Origin: Zygnema circumcarinatum SAG 698-1b
Taxonomy: Eukaryota; Plantae; Zygnematophyceae
NCBI GenBank assembly: GCA_037447605.1
Contig: CM074806.1
Span: forward strand, 1,116,001-1,180,000
Direction of reading: 5' to 3'
Length of the DNA stretch: 64,000 bases
Below are positions 52,169 to 64,000 of this stretch, piece by piece. The position numbers and the translations under genes are program-made. How positions within the stretch are numbered: position 1 is the first letter of the stretch; the number at the start of each line of letters is the position of its first letter. Under the pieces are notes generated by a model. It had not been told where the DNA came from and did not search any database. It was given only the letters and a program-made list of their open reading frames with translations.

Positions 52169-52925
52169 CTATTGCCTTAGCACAGCTGACTTCGTTTCCG
52201 TTCGGTATAGGCTCGAAAATGCCATGAATTTTAGTACCTAGTAGCCTCCGTTTTAGAACTCCTTAAAACTCGATATTCGTAACATTTTACTAAGTCTGCC
52301 ACTAACGATTCGGGCTATGACCTCAGTAGGTCATTTGTAGGCCACGCCGTACCGGTTTGAAATGTTATCTATTCCATAAGTATTTGATGACATCGCCGAT
52401 CGAGATCTATGCCAATTCTATTTTGTTATTCGGTTTGGTGGTTCTGATATTTCGTGAACAACGCAATCAAAATGGCCCTAAGGAAGGGAAAGGGAAGAGT
52501 CAACTTTTAATCCATTCAGTGCAAGCATCAGTAAACAATGACCCAACATTTATAAGGGGTAGAGCCAATAGCACTGGGCTGCTCCAAGCACGTGAAACAA
52601 AGAACGATGCTCATAGACTCTCTGCATCGACGGCATTATCCCTCATCCCCTCTCCACAGAAACTTTTATCATCGTTCTGCCGTTGTTGCAATCTCTTCTC
52701 CACTTTTTTACATCGTGCCTTCATATGGAACACTGGCTTCATCCTGACAGTCTCATGACCTCCCACATGCACCTCTCGATATGTGTCGCACACTTGATGT
52801 GCGAGCGCCTTTCAAAACGGAATTCCAATACAACAAAGGGGGTAGACAAGGGCGCCTCCACCCCACTTCAAAAATGTGATAAGCCGAATCTTTGATCCGT
52901 GCTCCGCGGTGACCAGTGAAACAGT

Positions 52926-55900
52926 TTACTTCTCCAACTTGCTGCGCCGCATCAATTGGACAAATTCGTTGAAAACTGCACAAACCAAACCCCAGAGTTT
53001 ATCCACACGGTCAGTCTTCTGCTGTGAGCACAAGCAAGACGTAAATTTAGCCCCTCGTTGACAAAGTCTGAAACCAGTGCGAGTCTACCCTGGTCTACGC
53101 TATTAACACCAGTTTCAGAAAAGGTGAGGAGTACTACGGCTTACTTGGATCCGAGTCGTGAGGTCCTGGAGACGACTCAGGGTGGTACTGAATGCTCATA
53201 GCATTCACTGCAGGATATGAGAGGCCGGCACATGTTCCATCATTGAGATTAATGTGAGTCACTTCCACCCCCTCCGGCAGAGTTGAAGGGTCCACCGCAT
53301 AGTTATGGTTCTGCACACTCCACGACACTGTCAGAGACACACTCCAGGATGATGACAGAGCTGTCCCATACACATAAGAAGAAGTCATTCCACAAACCCA
53401 CCTTCAACACCCACCTGTCTCTCTCAACATGCGTGTGCAGCGTAGGGTCGGCAACCAAACTAAGACAAAGGGACTTCTGGACCTAAGAATCTAAGTAGTT
53501 TCAGCATTTACCTGTGCACTGATTTCCACTCTTCCGGTGCGCAGATCCCTCACGGGATGGTTCCCTCCATGGTGTCCGAATTTCATCTTGAAGGTGACCC
53601 CTCCCAGTGCCTGTCCCAGCAGCTGGTGGCCCATGCAGATGCCCAAAACAGGGGCCTTCCCCACCACCGCCTTCACGCTCTCCACAGCGTACGGAACAGC
53701 GGACGGGTCGCCGGGCCCGTTGCTGAAATGCAGTACAGATAGACAGTCTCCAACATCAGCACCTCTCATGGAAGCAACTCTCAACATTCCACAACTCTCG
53801 TCGCTGTCAGAAAGTTTGCATAAACTGTTCAACGCACCTGAAGAGGACTCCGTCGGGGTTGAGCTTGACCACCTCCTCGGCAGGCCATGTGGAGGGCACT
53901 ACAGTGATCTTGCAGCCATAGGATGCCAACCGTCTCAAGATGTTGTGCTTTACCCCATAGTCGTAAGCCACCACCTGCACACGCACTCGCCCTTCACATG
54001 AGCATCCACTATTGCTCTCAACAATGCTTTGCTCTACCTCTGTGTTCCTTCGTTTTCAGAACATCAGCTATTTTTTCTTCGTCTCATTTATGGCAACTAG
54101 CCTGCTTCCTATACCTTGTCCATCATCGCTAGTGACTACACAAGGTCAGAAAAAGAGCTCACATGCAGAAGATCATCTCCATCCTTGGCTGCATTGGCAC
54201 TGAACTCCCATGAATCCTCCGTTTTGTCAGACCAAACGTATGGGCTCTCGCATGTCACAGGTGTAATCAAGTCACGTCCTGCAAAAGACACATGACACAT
54301 GCCATCATTTTCTCATAGAATACGTTCTCATGCCGGTTGAAGACTGTTAGCTTGGAATCTTCCAGACATTTTAACCCACCGGAAGATTGAAAGCTTGAGC
54401 AGCAACCCAACTCAGGTCCAAAAGATAAAGCTGGACTGGAGCATTCAGGTAACACCTGTAACCAAAAGTGATACTTGAACTTTTTCATACTACTTTACGT
54501 TCATACTAGTCACTGTTAACGACCAGGTGGGGACTTCCCACGACACGACGACCCTAGAGATGCCCCTCGACTGTCTGCCTTACACTCCATGCTCCCAACT
54601 TGTGCCCATAGTGGCCCACCCTGCTCACCCCACTCTGTCAGCTCCTCTACTTACTTACCCACAATGTTAAAACTACGAGCCGTCTCAACCAGCTCCTCAT
54701 CTGTCTTGGAGGCGTCTGTGGTGAGCACCCCTGCATACCGCCACAAGAGCAAAACAGTCAGTCTCCCAATGAATATGTAAGGGAATATGTATACCAATAC
54801 GTAAAGCCATGCCCTTCAGAGACATTTGCAGGAGTGTAACTAAACGCTACTGTCAAAGCAACACCACTCACCATTCAAACTGCCTTTCTCCCGCAGCCGC
54901 ATGGTAATAGCACGTGTGTCAAGATCACCTGAAACCCAGATTCAGGGCTCAAAATCAGACTTTCGACTCCCCTCGGCAAACCAAATCCCACGAGCTCAGC
55001 CTCACCAGCTCCACTGGTTGGCTCAACAAAAGGCACCTCTCCAGTGAAGGAACTTACTGATGCCCATGACATTCCGCTGCTTCAAATAATCAGGAAGAGT
55101 TTGTGTCGCTCTCCAGTTAGACACGCTGCATCCCGAAAACGGACCAAAAGAGTGAATTCAGTGTTCTTAGAACCCCTCCTGAAGAGGCCAAGGTTAAGTG
55201 CAAAGAATGGTCGTGGTAAAAGGACAAGCCCATCGTCTAAGCTACAAAGAAATTGAAAGAGGTTTTATGCACAGAAGGCTCGGCTGAACAGAATTTAAAA
55301 ATAAAGTGGAGCATGCACACCATGGGCTGAGGCTGCGCACGACAAGGCCGGATAGATGGCAAGTCTGGGACTCCTCATCACCTGCAGACTTACAAAATTA
55401 CAAATAAGGTCATTGGACAGCTTTTTCGCGCCGCCCTCATCACACACAATGCCAAAATGACTACTTTACCCACAAACACAGCGAGCATGAGTACAAGCAA
55501 AAATGAAGACGACACAAATTTCTTCTTGAAATAGAATTTAAATCTCCACGAAGTTCAGCTCAACTCAGTGGAAAAAAGTTGGCCTCCCTCACGCACCAAA
55601 GTTGACACCCGTGTTTCCGATATGAGGTACAGTCATAAGCACGAACTGTCCGGCATAACTTGGATCTGTGAGAATCTCCTGATACCTGCACATCCGCAAT
55701 CTCTACCACACTCATTTCCAACAATTCCTGCTTCAGACAAAAACAACCTTAGCTTTTTGATGGTTCAAACGAAACTTGCCACAGAACCAAACAAAAAAAA
55801 AAAATGAAGTGACGAAGAAGAAGCAAACCGAGTGACGGGGGGTATATAACGAAAAATCAAGGCACCTGAACATAAGGGGGGCGAAATCACATACCCTGTA

Positions 55901-56573
55901 AGGGAAGTGTTAAAAACGACTTCTCCAACTTGAGTGCCCCGAGCCCCGAATCCCTTTCCCCTCCACACCGACCCGTCTTCCAAGACGAGCCTGCAGTCAG
56001 AGGTTTTCCACGGCCTGTCAACGGCTGCACAGATGTTCCAACAGAACAAAAGTCACTTAAAAATAAGCATCCACAATTAGAATATAAACAGAAATCGCAA
56101 AAGGCGCAAGCGCTCTTCCTTTAATACCCTTTCGTTTAAAATTCTCGTATTTAGCAATTCTTCGCGCTTCTCCAACCACGTTTCAAGCACCATCCAAAAA
56201 GTTAATTAAAACACTTTTAACACTTTAACACTCTTTTCCTCTCCCATGTTCTGACCTCCTCACGGTGGTCTCTTCGACCCTCTTATCTCGCTCCCTTCTC
56301 CCTTCTCCCCTCCCGCACACCCACTCTCTCTCTCTCACTCGCCTCCTTCTCTGCTCTCCCTCCCTCACACTCACCAACAGTCGCCCGCACGACAACAGCA
56401 GCATACTGCCCCCCGCCTCTTCTGACCACCACCAGCCTCCGCACAGCCTGTCCCTTCAACCCCTCTCCGAACGACCCTGAGCTCGCCCAGCTCACACTTC
56501 CCAGCTGCGCCGCATTGCCCTCTCGCCCTCCCACAACCCTCAAAGCCACTCCGGGAGCCGCCACCGTAGCCAT
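52926..56573 (-). CDS. carA: Carbamoyl-phosphate synthase small subunit with plastid transit peptide, multi-exon
   Basis: [12 protein letters not shown] transit-like start; [94 protein letters not shown]; last exon [18 protein letters not shown]. Confidence 0.95.
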
Positions 56574-56937
56574 TTCTCCCTACCTTCCTCTCTCTCGTCC
56601 TCTCTCCCTCTCTCCCTCTCTCCCTCTCTCCCTCTCTCCCTCTGCCTGCTCTCTCTCACTCTCTCCCTCCGCTTCCAGCCCCAGCCAGCTAGCAAGCCCT
56701 TCCTCCTCCCCGCTGCAGCCCGGCCCCAAGATCTCCCCTTGCCCGCCCGGCCGGCCCGGCCTATGCCTATGGCTGCGGGCCAGGGGTGGGGGCACGGCAT
56801 ACCCCCGACCCATGCCCCGGGGCACGGCCGCCCGCCCCCCCCCCGCCCCCCCGGGGACCGCCAGGGGGGGCATGCCCAGTGACGTGACTACATTGAGCAA
56901 CTAAAAATCGGCCCAAAACAGAATATAATACTAAAAA

Positions 56938-57030
56938 AGGTACGATATCAACGTACGAAACGTACAGATTAAGGTACGAATAGTACAGATAGTACGGACT
57001 AGAGTATGAAAGGTACGAACGGTACTCTGC
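56938..57030. promoter_or_regulatory. Dense GTAC-core array in the CarA/TGD2 divergent intergenic region
   Basis: Eight GTAC cores in ~90 bp, more at ~57211 and 57306-57334. Could be SBP/SPL sites or transposon subterminal motifs. Confidence 0.35.
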
Positions 57031-57680
57031 ACTTGGAGGCGTCCGGACGAGGCGTGCCCCCGGGCACGGACGGCGAAAATGGGGGCACGACGGGGCATGG
57101 CCCGTTGCCCCCCCCAATGCCCCCAGCCCTCCCCCGGGCCAGGGGAGGCCCCCCCCGGCCCGGCCAGAAAGGCGGCGCTGCGGCGGCTCCCCGCGGCGGC
57201 GCCGGAATCCGTACGCAAGCCCAGCGCCACGTGGCGCCAAACCGCTCTCGTGCGGCGGCACGCGCCCGCAATGGCAAAAAAATGACGGCGGAGGGGCGGT
57301 CTGCCGTACCGTACCGTCAAAGTATAATCCGTACAGTTTGTGGGCATGCGGGCCGGCCAATACGAGCAGACGGGAGGCAGCGGGTGGTCTCGCGGTGACA
57401 TGTGTGGCATGTGGCCATGGCCAACAACAACAACAACACGGGGACCACGAGGAACCAACCGCTTCACAAATGAGCTGGGAAGGTGTGAGCTGGATATTGC
57501 GTCCAGGCCATCAACAACAACACGGATCTAATGTCAACGGCCATGGGAACAAAATCGTTCAAGAATTGCACAGGTTGGGGGAGAGTGACCAAGGGGAGAA
57601 ACGGCCGGCCGGGGCAGCGGCCAGCCAGGCCCGCCCTGCACAAGACGCCATTGGAAGGGAGCGCCTTAAGGAGGGCAAAG

Positions 57681-57718
<38 letters not shown>

Positions 57719-57887
57719 CTCCTCCGGTGTAACGGCCTCAGTCAACGGCGAGGGAAGCAGAAGGGGGGCCCGCAAAGGCAGACGCACTACAACATAAGAA
57801 CATGAAACATTGTCGCGGCATGTTTGCACGCACGCACGGCCGCTCAAAGCCCAGCGGCGCGTCACGAACGCCATGGCCCGGCACCAT

Positions 57888-57970
57888 GCAGCATGCATGC
57901 ATGCATGTGCATGCGCCAGAAACCACGGACCCACGGACCCACGGTTGGCGCGGTTGGTGCAACACGTGGA
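57888..57970. promoter_or_regulatory. RY repeat (CATGCA)n next to an ABRE-like G-box upstream of TGD2
   Basis: GCAGCATGCATGCATGCATGTGCATGCG at ~57888-57915; ACACGTGG at 57962. Confidence 0.35.
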
Positions 57971-58346
57971 ACAACGGCGTGCTGGCGGCCAAGGTCGGTG
58001 GTCGGTGAACGGGTGGTAGCCTCCTAGGGCCACGCTGGACGACCAGTCTACGTGGCAGCATACCATTGGTTCATGTCCCTGATATCCCGACGCGTAGAGG
58101 CCTCGTGTGAATGGACAGCTTTCGAGGTTGCTGTCCGTGCCACGTGTGAGATTTATGTGGTCCCTTCTGCGTGTACAGCTACAGTTTTTTCCTTCGACGT
58201 AACTGAGCCGCCGTTGCGCAGACAGTCACGATTTTGGATTTGGACTGAATTGGGACATGGAACGAGTTGACCTCTTGAGCTCCCTCCCTGCCTCCCTCGA
58301 CTGTTGGGAGTGCTGGGAGAAGAGGGCATTAGGGAGGGAGAAAGAC

Positions 58347-60111
58347 ATGGCGCTCTGTGCCCTAAAGGCGGGCGTCTCTGGGGCTCGGCTGGGCACCGGA
58401 TGCAGCGCCCAGCTCGCCGCTGCAGGTCGCAGCAGGGTCACCTTTTCAACTGCGTTGCTGCCTGGCAGTCGAAGATTTCTTGCTTCGACGTCCTCGCTGC
58501 CTTCACTGGAGCTGTCCAAGGGGGCAAGAAGAGAGGGGCCATGGAGCATCAGAGCAAGCAGCGATGCTGCGGCAGCGGTGAGGGAGACGAGGGAGAAGGT
58601 GGGGCCGCTTCAGTCGTTACTCAATGCAATAGCTCATATTTGGAAGCAGATTGTGCAGCCGTTAGGGAACTTTGGGTTCGGGAAGCGCAGCATATGGGAG
58701 GGTGGAGTGGGCCTGTTCTTGGTCACAGGGGTATTTATGCTAGCCCTGCTTTTAGGTTGGATAAGAGGGCTGCAGCTGCAAGGGAGAACTGAAAAGTATC
58801 GAGCCACAGTAGAGTTTGCGCAGGCCTGCGGAATAACAGTAGGCACGCCTGTTCGCATCCGAGGTGTAAGTGTTGGGACGGTCGTAGGGGTGCAGCCATC
58901 TCTGGCGAAGATTAATGTGGAGGTAGAGGTAGGAGATGCAACTGTTGTAATTCCACGCAATGCACTGGTGGAGGTAAACCAGTCAGGGCTAATTAGTGAG
59001 ACGCTCATTGATATTACCCCGCAGCCGCCTTTGCCGAAGCCGACAGTTGGTCCACTGAGCCCTCACTGTGCAGAAGAGGGACTTATAGTATGCGATCGGG
59101 GGCACATTGTAGGCCAGCAAGGTGTGAGCTTGGATGAGCTTGTGGGTATCTGCACCAAGCTAGCCCGGCAGATGGACAAGGGCGGTATGGAAAATGTGTT
59201 TGATGCTATGAACAGAGTGAGCAGCGCAGTTGAGGACGCACGACCTCTGTTGGATAAGGTAAGGGAAAGAATTACCTGTGCATAGCTTATTCGTTTTGAA
59301 ATTATTATTTACTTCAACTATTTTGATTCGGACCTGCTGATTATCCGAGGTTATTCTGCAAATGTAAAGCTGCTAATTTGGAACTGTCAAGTTTATCATA
59401 AACTTTCGTACACTCCTGTTTTGATCTTTAAATTACAACCGAGTTAGTCTTGTTCATACTGGTCAAGTTCGTAGTGCATGGCATACCCAGCTCTGACAAT
59501 ATCCGAGGTTTCTTTGCTGGGGTGGGCATGAATATACAGGTAACGCAAATGAGTTCCGACTTGCAGCCGCTAATGAAAGATCTTCGTGATGGCGAGCTCC
59601 TTAGGAATCTTGAGAGTCTTACAAAAGTTGCCACAGAGACGGCCAATGACTTGAGGTGAGAAGGAAAGGAGAGGAGGGAAAAGGCTGCTGTGCATGTTGA
59701 TAGTGCTGCAAAAGCTGTACTTCTTCGTTTTCAAGGTATTAACTGGAGCCGGGGGATGGTGATATGAAAGGGCAGATCTCTGAACAGTTCTGTGCTGAGC
59801 GGTGAGAATACAAAGTTACTGCGACAATCTGTGGCCACATTGAGCCGCACTTTGGAGCATATTGAGGTATGCAGTTGAGGAAGAGGAGTGGGTAACAGTG
59901 AGATTTAAAAAAGCCAGGAGGTATGGCAATTTGATGAACAGAACACTCTCCTCATACTGAATTCCCAAACAATGGCAGTCTACTAATGCTGTGTCATTCG
60001 TTGCGCATGCAGAGTATCAGTTCTGATGTGAGAGGACTGACTGGTGATTCCAGCACGCAACACAACCTCCGGCAATTGATTGAGTCTCTCAGCCGTCTCG
60101 TCAATGACTAA
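58347..60111 (+). CDS. TGD2: Trigalactosyldiacylglycerol 2, plastid MCE-domain lipid-transfer protein
   Basis: Transit-like MALCALKAG..., FGFGKRSIWEGGVGLF, ACGITVGTPVRIRGVSVG, IPRNALVEVNQSGLISETLIDITP, CDRGHIVGQQGVSLDELVGICTKLAR; later exons LLRNLESLT, ISSDVRGLTGDSSTQHNLRQLIESLSRLVND-TAA. Confidence 0.95.
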
Positions 60112-61164
60112 TTTTTGAATTCTGAACCTAGGTCCTGCGTGACTTGCTTCTGGAATTGGATGACTCTGGAACACCGCCCCATAAAACACCCATGGCTGCA
60201 GTCAGAGTTGGGGATGGAGAGATGAAGGACAGACGCGGGAACTATTCTTGAAGCGTGTGCGGAAAGCTCTTCTTTCCAGCCAAGGTGTGGCAATACAATT
60301 TTGCAAGCTGTGACAGATGAAACTCTGGGGCCGATATTCGGTTCAAACGAAGTAAATAGTAGCAAATCAGCTGCTGAATGCATCTTCCACACCTTAGAGC
60401 CCTCCACGGACCCCTTGCGGCGTCCATCGTTTACTCATCTTTTGGAGGCGAGGGGCTGACAGAAGCTTTCGGAGCTCTTGGGGGTGTTCGGTACAGTCTC
60501 TGCTTGCTGCTAAAAGCGCAGGTCTTTCCATTCTTTTATTTTGACCAAGGTCCTAGAAGGCATGTAACTTCGCATCGATGAATACCTTATTGTAGCCAGT
60601 CAGATGGAGGTAGCAGGTAGGGATTACTAAATGGCTCCCGCTTTGGCCACAAATTTCTCAACCAAGTCTCTCAACGGAGTGTTTTCTTATGCTGTGTTGT
60701 TTTGTATCGTGGGATTCTGGTGCTACGAAAGAAAGATCAACTTAAAAAATAGGAGGATCAGGAAACAATGTAATTCTCGTGACACCCATCATAAAGGGCA
60801 TCATCAAAAGGCAATAACAGCAGATGAAGACAGGGGGATGGTGCATATATTCAATTGATTCAAGGACAGCTCCGTCGCCGTTTCAAACAAGGAACCTTCC
60901 GGTCTAACCGCGCGTCCATTTGAACAAGAACTTTGAACTTTGCAGCATGCCGCTGTACCCTACATGGGAAGTCGGCCAGCGGAAGGCATGACCTCTACCC
61001 ATCCATCCATCCATCCACAAGAGGAGGTCAGAAAATATGCGACCATGGGACAAAGAATTCGCGAAGGCGCTATGTGCCCATTTGCCCATTTGCCCATGTG
61101 CCATGTGCCACGTGTCATCTGCAGCAGCAGATGACCGGCAGAGGAATGATGGCAGAGGGTTGGC

Positions 61165-63749
61165 TCATTGGAGAAGGCTGAACAGGTTGGCGTAGGCCAT
61201 AGGTCGCACACTCGGATGCGGCTGCAAATGGGTCACCAATGACAGCTGTCAGACCTTGAAAGTTACGACTTCTTCTTGTTGATCTTGCCAAAGTTCTTCG
61301 AAGCTAAAGAGTTGACAAAAAAAAGGCCGCTTGTGATATCGCTCAAGCACAAGCCCCCATAGACTTATCAACCTCTATATTTAAATCTCAACGTACAGTC
61401 CTTGCTAGACTCTGTTTTTATCGCAGCAGAGCAGACCAGACTCCTTAGGAAAAATAGCTCACCACGGCTGTAAATTTGGTGAAGCGGGGCCGCATGTCGG
61501 GAGCTTCAAGTTTCAAAAAGGCAGCCTTGTTGCCCATCTGCGATGGATGTCCCTCCACCACAGCACATGATTCGTCACAGAAATAAAAAATTCCAGAAAC
61601 CACCATCATCCTGATGCAGTTTTCCCATCTCCCTCTTTCAAGAGCTTACCTGATCGCAGTAGTTGGGTGCAGAGAATACAGTGATAAGCTGGCCATTATG
61701 TTCTTCGTCATAGCCCTCATCCTTGACCTCATGCGATCTCACCACCAGCTCTGCTCACAGCCCATTCCAGCACAACCTCATAGCCATCAGTAACAAAGAG
61801 AAAATTGAAAATAACAATCTCCTTATTAATGTTCTCTGCACTACAAGACTGGGCCGTTGCTCCTACTCACCAAGTCCATTATCTTTTAGAAACCGTGACG
61901 TGACATCTGGTCCAAATGCCACTCCTACTCCACGTTTGCTCGGAGCTCTGCCCAAAGCAGGCTGGGGATCACTCCAAAGCAGCTCACACATAAGCCCTGT
62001 AAAGGCACACTCTTCAAGCTCATCAGAATACACTATAGCCAATTCTAACGTGACTCGCGAATAAGGGCAACTTGGTCTGCCTCCATGTAAATACTACACG
62101 ACGTCAGAGACCATTTCATTCTTCTTTTTTCATTCGCCTTTCTTTCGTTTTTCATTCTTCACTTCTTTCTTTTGCAGCTCTCAATCTGCTTTTCCAAAGC
62201 CCACTGCTGACGAATTTGGATCGGCTTCCCACGACAACTAACGACGACCAGCTGGTCATCAGAGAAATAGAGAACAGAAAACGATAGAGAAGGGAGAGCG
62301 AAGGAGGAGAGGGGGGGTGTCTGGGAGGAGAGAAAATAGAAGGTGAATGCAGAAAACGGAGTCAAGCTTGTCCAAATCACCTTCATCAGGAGGTTCTCGA
62401 AACCTATTAATAGCTGCAATGTCACTGAGGGTGACACCGTCACGGCTGAAGAGGCCACCATGGACTGTGAAAACGCGACCATTTAAGACGTGCGCAAGTG
62501 GAAGGCAGCAGAACACGTCTGCAAAAAGTTCTACCATGGTTTCGTTGAATGTGTGACAAGTCAAGGCGTACCGGCGGTGGAGGTAAAGCAAAATGTCTTC
62601 TTGAAAGAAGCATTAAGCAGGTAAGCAAACAAGTAAGCAAGCCATTGAATCGAAGCGCTGAAAGGATATTTGCTCTTCACTTCGCCATCGAAGCCGTATA
62701 TCTTATTCATGCTTCTGCTCTCATGATTCCCTCGTGACAAATAGAGCCCTGCAGCATCCAGATCTCATTAAGAAGTGTCAAGAGAAATCCACTTACTCAC
62801 CTTCAACAGACAAACCTGGAGAGATAAGCTGCGAAGAGAAAACAGCAACCTTACTGCTGGCGATTACCAAGTCTGCCTACCTGAAGGATAGAGACACTTG
62901 AGTGCGAAGAGGGTGAAGATACACTCCACAGAGAATGAACCCCGATCCACAAAATCTCCATTGAACAAGTACGGGTTATCTTCTGATGGTAGGCCATTAA
63001 GCTCAAAAATGTTAAGCAGGTCATAAAATTGCCCGTGGATATCACCGCATATTGTAAAATGTGTGCCATCGGGAACAGAAATTTCCACCAGACTAGGCAT
63101 GGCTTTAAGCAGATCCCGGACCTGCAAAAGGATCTGGAAAGCATACCTGCACCACTCAAACCGATTTGCCCACATGGCAGGTCAGACAAATTTTGACCCT
63201 GGTACAGCGCATGTACTTGAATAGTGAAGGACCAATATGAAAGAACGAATGAAGCTGTCGCGGAAGGAAGGGGAAGCTACGCACCGCTTATGGATGCTTT
63301 TTTGGCTTTTAAATTCATCCATCATTTTTTTTACAAACTCGAGGGTTATTCTATCACCCTCTATCCTTGGGCCGGTGTAAGCTGCCTCCACCTCTGTACC
63401 ACCCACCCATTGCATCCATTAAAACGAAGCTGCAAAGGTTTTTTCTACAACACACAACAGAGCTTCCACTGCATACCTTCACGCTATAGATCTGAACCAT
63501 AATTTCACAGCGATAACTTTCATAGACACTTCCAGGAGTGAAGATAGAAACCGATAAACGGCAAGGTCTTATTGCCCAACGAGTAAACTGACCTATTTCT
63601 GTATAGTCAATAGCGAGCTCCGGCCCTCCTCCTAGGCCATCCACATCTGGATGAGCAATAGCATCTCTAAATTTCTGGTCTTTCACTGCCTTCTCACACT
63701 CCTTCACCCTTCTCCGAGCATCCGCATCACGCGGAGCAGCTTTGGAAGC
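61165..63749 (-). CDS. PP5: Serine/threonine protein phosphatase 5 (TPR plus PPP catalytic domain); 5' part lies beyond the window
   Basis: TPR end ([15 protein letters not shown]), [66 protein letters not shown]-terminal [21 protein letters not shown]. Confidence 0.95.
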
Positions 63750-64000
63750 CTGGAGGGTTAGGAGCACACCCACTCACGAGGTTAAGTACAGCACTTCGTC
63801 GGCAAGCTGCAAGTCTACAATAGAAGGGCGGGCTTGAAATCATGGTATTTGCAGTAGTAGATCACAGTTTAAAAAAAGGGGGGGTTGTGGAGGAAACACA
63901 ACCGCAGAGATCTTGTTGAACAACAACCAATCAGAATCCTTAGAATGAGGATCAATTCTCTCGCCCTAAATTCCATAGCCAACGATTAACGAGCCACACT

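Noticed and set aside
37385-52350. Single large Helitron spanning the island
   Set aside because: No Rep/helicase remnants and no convincing TC start or hairpin-CTRR end found.
56515-58066. Multiple overlapping GC-rich ORFs between CarA and TGD2
   Set aside because: Low-complexity ORFs in all frames, expected from high GC content; no domain signal.

Overview
Intron-rich eukaryotic nuclear DNA from a green plant. Inference: a streptophyte, probably non-angiosperm, because plant-type H1, OSCA, TGD2, PP5 and GPDHC1 sit beside a DDAH-like gene and a cyanobacterial-type GT2. Eleven spliced genes are supported: cytosolic GPDH (partial), histone H1, ArnC/GtrB-like GT2, GFAT, OSCA/CSC1, DDAH-like, a TPR protein, ArgRS, CarA, TGD2 and PP5 (partial). 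A ~19 kb gene-free island (33.5-52.3 kb) holds nested mobile DNA: three consecutive long palindromes (two with an equal-length 176-bp core but unrelated arms), a complete 448-bp TRIM whose LTRs carry a tRNA-shaped Pol III promoter, two foldback MITEs with 8-bp TSDs, a degraded Ty1/copia element with a nested LTR, and a modular GGGGGAGTCAGAC-ended element also found at 17.2 kb. A telomere-like tract plus 25-bp minisatellite lies at 20.0-21.5 kb. 10-N gaps in the copia element indicate scaffold joins and probable artefactual duplication. All coordinates were read by eye; internal exon boundaries are approximate unless stated.
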